A stretch of DNA of 30,856 nt from a virus (Duplodnaviria > Caudoviricetes): positions 1 through 30,856 of IMG/VR virus record IMGVR_UViG_3300027566_000342; one strand, 5' to 3'. Under the pieces are notes generated by a model that was not told the DNA's origin, ran no database searches, and worked only from the letters and a program-made list of their open reading frames with translations. Below, one piece after another: positions 27,174 through 30,856 of the stretch (positions are counted from its first letter, which is position 1; each line of letters begins with the position of its first letter). A program made the translations under genes and the position numbers.

Positions 27174-28106
27174 GTGCCAAATAGTGGAACAAAATTCATT
27201 GGAGAATTTTTTGGAATTCAACCTGTATTAGATGTGGTTAAAGACTCTGAGAGTTTTACAAATTCCGATAAATATTTGAAAGATCTGCAACTATACCAAC
27301 ATAATCTCCCTCACGCAAAACACATTCCATTTCCAAAAGATCAAGGTTTTAAATGTCCGGAATGTAGTTGCAGAGTATTAAACCATGATTCAAAGATGGG
27401 CGAACATAGCTGCTCACGGTGTGGTTTAGTAATTGAGAATGTATCTTATTCTGAAATCAGAAATGATCAGCATATCCAAAAATCTCATGGAATACTTGAA
27501 GAAAATCCTGGAATTTATCAAACCAATCAATTCCATAATAAAACTAAAGATATGGATAGTGGTTGGAGAGGTTATATTTGGCTGGAACAAATGGAAACAT
27601 ATACCAAAACTGGTAAAGTTCCAACTTCCGGCCCCATTGTAAATGCTAATCCATATAAAGAAGGCAATAGTTTTCCATACACCACGAAAGACGTGTGTAA
27701 TGTTCTTAATTATCGGAAAGCCTACATAAGCCAAGAAGGTTCAACTCAATGGAGAGGAACCAACTACAAACCAATGAATAATAAAATTGAACTGGCAAAT
27801 AAAATCCTAGCAAAATTAGGATTCAAAATTGAAAAATATCCTCAAATGGCAGAACGGATTTTTTACATACTAAAAAAGTATAAACTTACTCAAATCCATC
27901 CGAAAAAGGATAAATCAATAGTAATCACTGGAATCGTTTATTATGTTATAAGTGAATTCTTCACCAAATGGGATCCACCATTAGGTCGTCGTAGTGGTGT
28001 TATAAACCAATGCAGTAAGAGAGAATATGACTTTATTCTATCAAATATGAACAGACTAAAGACTAAAAATAAATGTTGGCTTTGTCAGAGCTTAGAATAT
28101 CTTTAA
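27174..28106 (+). CDS. TFIIB/TFB-like protein (zinc ribbon plus possible single cyclin-like domain)
   Basis: CPECSCRVLNHDSKMGEHSCSRCGLVIE matches the TFIIB zinc ribbon. The C-terminal helices (AERIFYILKKYKL...KSIVITGIVYYV) resemble a TFB cyclin repeat. GTG start with GGAGG RBS. Confidence 0.7.
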   Translation: MPNSGTKFIGEFFGIQPVLDVVKDSESFTNSDKYLKDLQLYQHNLPHAKHIPFPKDQGFKCPECSCRVLNHDSKMGEHSCSRCGLVIENVSYSEIRNDQHIQKSHGILEENPGIYQTNQFHNKTKDMDSGWRGYIWLEQMETYTKTGKVPTSGPIVNANPYKEGNSFPYTTKDVCNVLNYRKAYISQEGSTQWRGTNYKPMNNKIELANKILAKLGFKIEKYPQMAERIFYILKKYKLTQIHPKKDKSIVITGIVYYVISEFFTKWDPPLGRRSGVINQCSKREYDFILSNMNRLKTKNKCWLCQSLEYL

Positions 28107-28251
28107 ACTGTTTAATAAGATTTTTTTTAAACAGGTGCTTATAGTATACTGAGAAGGAAAGTGATTTTCTAAAAATCATTTTTTTAATAGATCTATCAAG
28201 CTCACCCCTCCTACAGTAAGGGTGAAAAAAGTTAAAGGAGGTGAAAAGTCT

Positions 28252-28368
28252 ATGGCTAAAGAAAGGATTAACAATCCCAAGGTCCATGCAGATTATCGCA
28301 TTCGCCAAAGAAATTCTAAGAATGGGCGAAGGGGCCAAATTATGGGCCGATATCATGAAAAAGAATAA
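28252..28368 (+). CDS. 38-aa basic microprotein (not in the ORF track)
   Basis: MAKERINNPKVHADYRIRQRNSKNGRRGQIMGRYHEKE; near-perfect AAGGAGGTGA RBS before the ATG; followed by a hairpin. Confidence 0.75.
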   Translation: MAKERINNPKVHADYRIRQRNSKNGRRGQIMGRYHEKE

Positions 28369-28389
28369 TAAGGGGAGGGTACCCCCTTA
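28369..28389. terminator. Stem-loop TAAGGGG-7nt-CCCCTTA directly after the microprotein stop
   Basis: Perfect 7 bp inverted repeat. Confidence 0.45.
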
Positions 28390-28575
28390 GCATTCAACAG
28401 TAATTGCAGTAATATCACTACTATTGAATATCAGTGTCTTTCCTATATATAACATTATATCGAAAAATTTTTCCTATTTTTTAATTTTTTTATTTATTAA
28501 TTCATTAACTGTAATTGAGGATGTTAAACCTGTATTTAATTAAATTGTTATTCATTGATCCAATGGAGGAATATT

Positions 28576-28809
28576 ATGAAAAAAATAACTGTAATTATAA
28601 ATGGAACTCCTAAAACTGTGGAAAAAAGAGATTATACATTTAAAGAGGTAGTTATATTGGCTTTTGGTAGTTATGACGATGCTGCCAAAGATTATACGAT
28701 GACATCAACTAATAAAAATGGGAAAAATCCACGAAGTTATTCGGTTGGGGACGAAATTAAAATGAAGGAGGAAATGAGAATAAATGTTGACTCAACTAAT
28801 AGATCATAA
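28576..28809 (+). CDS. Ubiquitin-like protein (multiubiquitin-domain type), 77 aa
   Basis: ITVIING.PK.V....TF.EVV.LAF...YTMT....SVGDEIKMKEEMRINV.ST pattern of Multi_ubiq beta-grasp domains; ATG at 28576 after GGAGG; overlaps the E1 gene. Confidence 0.8.
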   Translation: MKKITVIINGTPKTVEKRDYTFKEVVILAFGSYDDAAKDYTMTSTNKNGKNPRSYSVGDEIKMKEEMRINVDSTNRS

Positions 28810-29947
28810 TCCTGATCTAAAAAAACTAGAGGAAGATTACAATATCTCAATCATTAATAACAACATAGTTATTGATGGCATTCCTTATGTGAATACTAAC
28901 AAGGAGATAAATTTCGCTTCTATTTTCTGCCCATTTAATCTTACTGGAAGTACTATAACACAGCAAGATCATACTGTATGGTTTACGGGTGATCTTCCTT
29001 GTAACCAAAATGGAGATAAATTGCCTTTTGTTATTAATAATAATAAAAATCAGTTGACAGAAAATATTGTTGGCCATTATCAGTTATCTTCTAGACCTGA
29101 TAGTGGATATCCTAATTTTTATGAAAAAATGAAAAGGTATATTACTTTATTATCTGCTCCTGTTCGGTCTATCGATCCAAGTGTGAGACCTAAGAATTTT
29201 GATTATGTTTCTTACGAGCACGATAGTCCATTTAATTATCCTGATACAAATACTGCTCGGGCAGGAATAACTATGATTAACAACAAATTGAAAAATCAAA
29301 AAATTGCTATTGTCGGTTTAGGGGGTACTGGGGCGTATATATTAGACTATGTCTCTAAAACGCCCGTTGAGGAGATTGCATTATTTGATGGAGATCAACT
29401 AAAAAATCATAATGCTTATAGGATGCCTGGAGCAGTACCTTTAGAAGAACTAGAAAAACGCCAAAGTAAAGTATCCTATTTAAAAAATAAATATGAAAAA
29501 TTTCGTTCAGGTATTATTAGTTTCGAAGAATATATCGATGATAATAATGTAGACTCATTAAGATCGTATGATTTTGTTTTTGTTGCTATTGATAACTCAA
29601 AAGACAAAGGAAAAATTGTTGACTTTCTTATCGAGTTCAAAATACCTTTTGTAGATGTGGGGATGGGAATAACTAAAATTGACTCTGGAGATTCATTAAG
29701 AGGTCAGATCAGGAAAACAATGGTCACTCCTGAAAATATGAGTTATTTAAAAGAGATACCTGTAACTGAACAAGAAGATGAAGATAATCTTTATACTCAA
29801 AATATTCAAATTAGTGAATTAAATGCACTTAATGCAGCATTAGCCGTTATAGAATGGAAGAAATATTTTAAATTTTATAACACGATGGATATAACATTCA
29901 ATTCAGTATTTATTATAGATGAAGAGTTGATTAATCATGGATCATAA
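28784..29947 (+). CDS. DUF6791/E2-like N-terminal domain fused to a ThiF/E1-family adenylyltransferase
   Basis: KIAIVGLGGTGAY nucleotide-binding loop, FDGD...HNAYR, KV, FVAID and DVGMG ThiF motifs; N-terminal IPYVN...DHTVWFTGD.PC...SSRP..GY.NFYEK domain. Confidence 0.88.
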   Translation: MLTQLIDHNPDLKKLEEDYNISIINNNIVIDGIPYVNTNKEINFASIFCPFNLTGSTITQQDHTVWFTGDLPCNQNGDKLPFVINNNKNQLTENIVGHYQLSSRPDSGYPNFYEKMKRYITLLSAPVRSIDPSVRPKNFDYVSYEHDSPFNYPDTNTARAGITMINNKLKNQKIAIVGLGGTGAYILDYVSKTPVEEIALFDGDQLKNHNAYRMPGAVPLEELEKRQSKVSYLKNKYEKFRSGIISFEEYIDDNNVDSLRSYDFVFVAIDNSKDKGKIVDFLIEFKIPFVDVGMGITKIDSGDSLRGQIRKTMVTPENMSYLKEIPVTEQEDEDNLYTQNIQISELNALNAALAVIEWKKYFKFYNTMDITFNSVFIIDEELINHGS

Positions 29948-30308
29948 GTTTGTTGATACTATCCCCGAGGAGATAGAAGATGGTATTCTCTATGTTTCAC
30001 TAGAATATAATGTTACAAAACATTTATGTCCTTGTGGTTGTGGAGCAGAAATAGTTGCATCTCTTGCTCCTGCTAGATATCAATTGAATTACGATGGTCA
30101 AACAGTTTCATTAAAACCTTCTTTTGGTAATTGGCTCCATGAATGCGAATCCCATTATTGTATCATAAATGATAAGGTTGTTTGGGAAAAATCCATGCCT
30201 AAACATAGGAGAGAAGCAGTAATTGAAAAAGATAAAAAGGATCTAGAAAAACAGTTTAATCCCCCAAAAAGTTTAATTGAACGTGTTAAATCTTTTTTAA
30301 AACTTTAA
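29937..30308 (+). CDS. DUF6527-like Cys/His metal-binding protein
   Basis: FVDTIPE.IEDG.LYVS......HLCPCGCG...SLKPSFGNW...C.SHY.I....V.W; overlaps the E1 stop. Confidence 0.8.
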   Translation: MDHKFVDTIPEEIEDGILYVSLEYNVTKHLCPCGCGAEIVASLAPARYQLNYDGQTVSLKPSFGNWLHECESHYCIINDKVVWEKSMPKHRREAVIEKDKKDLEKQFNPPKSLIERVKSFLKL

Positions 30309-30532
30309 GCATTGTTAGTTAAGTCAACATTTATTCTCATATTTTCCTTCATTTTAATTTTATCACCAATGGAATAAAGATGATGATCATTTCCTTCTTT
30401 AATTGTAGAAGACATCGTATATTCTATATGAACCTTATCATATCCTGCTAATTTAACTACTTCTACAAATGTATAATCTCTTTTTTCCACAGTTTTAGGA
30501 GTTCCATTAATAAAAACAGTTATTTCTTTCAT
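30305..30532 (-). CDS. Second ubiquitin-like protein, paralogue of 28576..28809
   Basis: MKEITVFINGTPKTVEKRDYTF.EVV.LA...YTM.ST...YS.GD.IKMKE.MRINVD.TN aligns end to end with the first Ubl; GAGGA RBS; its stop overlaps the DUF6527-like stop. Confidence 0.85.
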   Translation of the reverse strand: MKEITVFINGTPKTVEKRDYTFVEVVKLAGYDKVHIEYTMSSTIKEGNDHHLYSIGDKIKMKENMRINVDLTNNA

Positions 30533-30610
30533 GATTATTCCTCATGAAATTTTAAAACTAAATCACATTGTTGGAAACTTCAAATTTTATTGAAAAACTA
30601 GAGTAATATT

Positions 30611-30856
30611 TTATTTACCACATGGTTCATTTCCAAATTTTTCCTTGGTAACTTTCTCTAATTTAACTAAAAATTCTTTATATTCCTTTTTATTGCTTAC
30701 TTCACCATTTAGGCATGCAACCCATTTTAGAAGTAAATCTGAGTTTGTTTCTAACTTAGTTAACCTGCTCGTGATACTAACAAGCTGTATAATTAAAAAA
30801 ATACAAAGGGTGATGGTTGGTGCTAAAATTGCAACCATGAGTTCTATTGTTTGCAT
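30611..30856 (-). CDS. Small single-TM protein with a coiled coil (may extend past the window edge)
   Basis: Hydrophobic N-terminus followed by SRLTKLET; the ATG is at the last three bases of the window. Confidence 0.6.
   Translation of the reverse strand: MQTIELMVAILAPTITLCIFLIIQLVSITSRLTKLETNSDLLLKWVACLNGEVSNKKEYKEFLVKLEKVTKEKFGNEPCGK

Larger units (their letters stand above)
28600..30508. repeat. Perfect 42 bp inverted repeat (28600-28641 / 30467-30508) inside the two Ubl genes
   Basis: AATGGAACTCCTAAAACTGTGGAAAAAAGAGATTATACATTT occurs on + at 28600 and on - starting at 30508. Confidence 0.9.

Noticed and set aside
28063-28356. 97-aa minus-strand ORF in the track
   Set aside because: It overlaps the + strand microprotein, which has a far stronger RBS, and the end of the TFB-like gene.
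28784-29947. ThiF protein as a housekeeping ThiF/MoeB/UbaA or as CBASS Cap2
   Set aside because: It lacks the CxxC zinc motifs of MoeB/UbaA, there is no GG-ending sulfur carrier, and no CD-NTase cyclase or JAB gene is present.
30611-30856. Holin call for the TM + coiled-coil protein
   Set aside because: The architecture is compatible, but no lysin is adjacent in the window and the context is cut off.
1-30856. tRNA, rRNA, CRISPR array, integrase or att sites
   Set aside because: None recognised by eye; the intergenic spaces are short or AT-rich without repeat-spacer or cloverleaf patterns.

Overview
This window is most of the virion-morphogenesis module of a tailed (Caudoviricetes, siphovirus-like) archaeal virus or provirus. 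The host is most likely a methanogen of the Methanobacteriaceae, inferred from Methanobacterium-type zinc-ribbon and DUF5518-like membrane proteins, PKD/DUF2341-like tail proteins, a TFIIB-like regulator and oligo-T terminators. On the minus strand, reading right to left: ParB-like/DNA methyltransferase, terminase small and large subunits, portal, a MuF/gp7-like gene pair, prohead protease-scaffold fusion, decoration protein, HK97/encapsulin-like major capsid protein, head-tail joining genes, major tail protein, a tail chaperone with a lambda-type GGGAAAG -1 frameshift, tape measure and tail-tip proteins. Three AT-rich accessory blocks are embedded in or next to it. (i) A 3.6 kb island lies between the tail chaperone and the tape measure; it carries a candidate RexAB-like pair, whose first gene lacks a canonical start, and a protein bearing half of a prohead-protease-like motif. 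(ii) Two small genes lie upstream of terS. (iii) A ubiquitin-like module (Ubl, E2-like/ThiF-E1 fusion, DUF6527-like Cys protein) is bracketed by a second, inverted Ubl paralogue; neither Ubl ends in glycine and the E1 domain has no cysteine. No integrase, att site, lysin, tRNA or CRISPR array was recognised. All family assignments come from motif recognition by eye, not from database searches.
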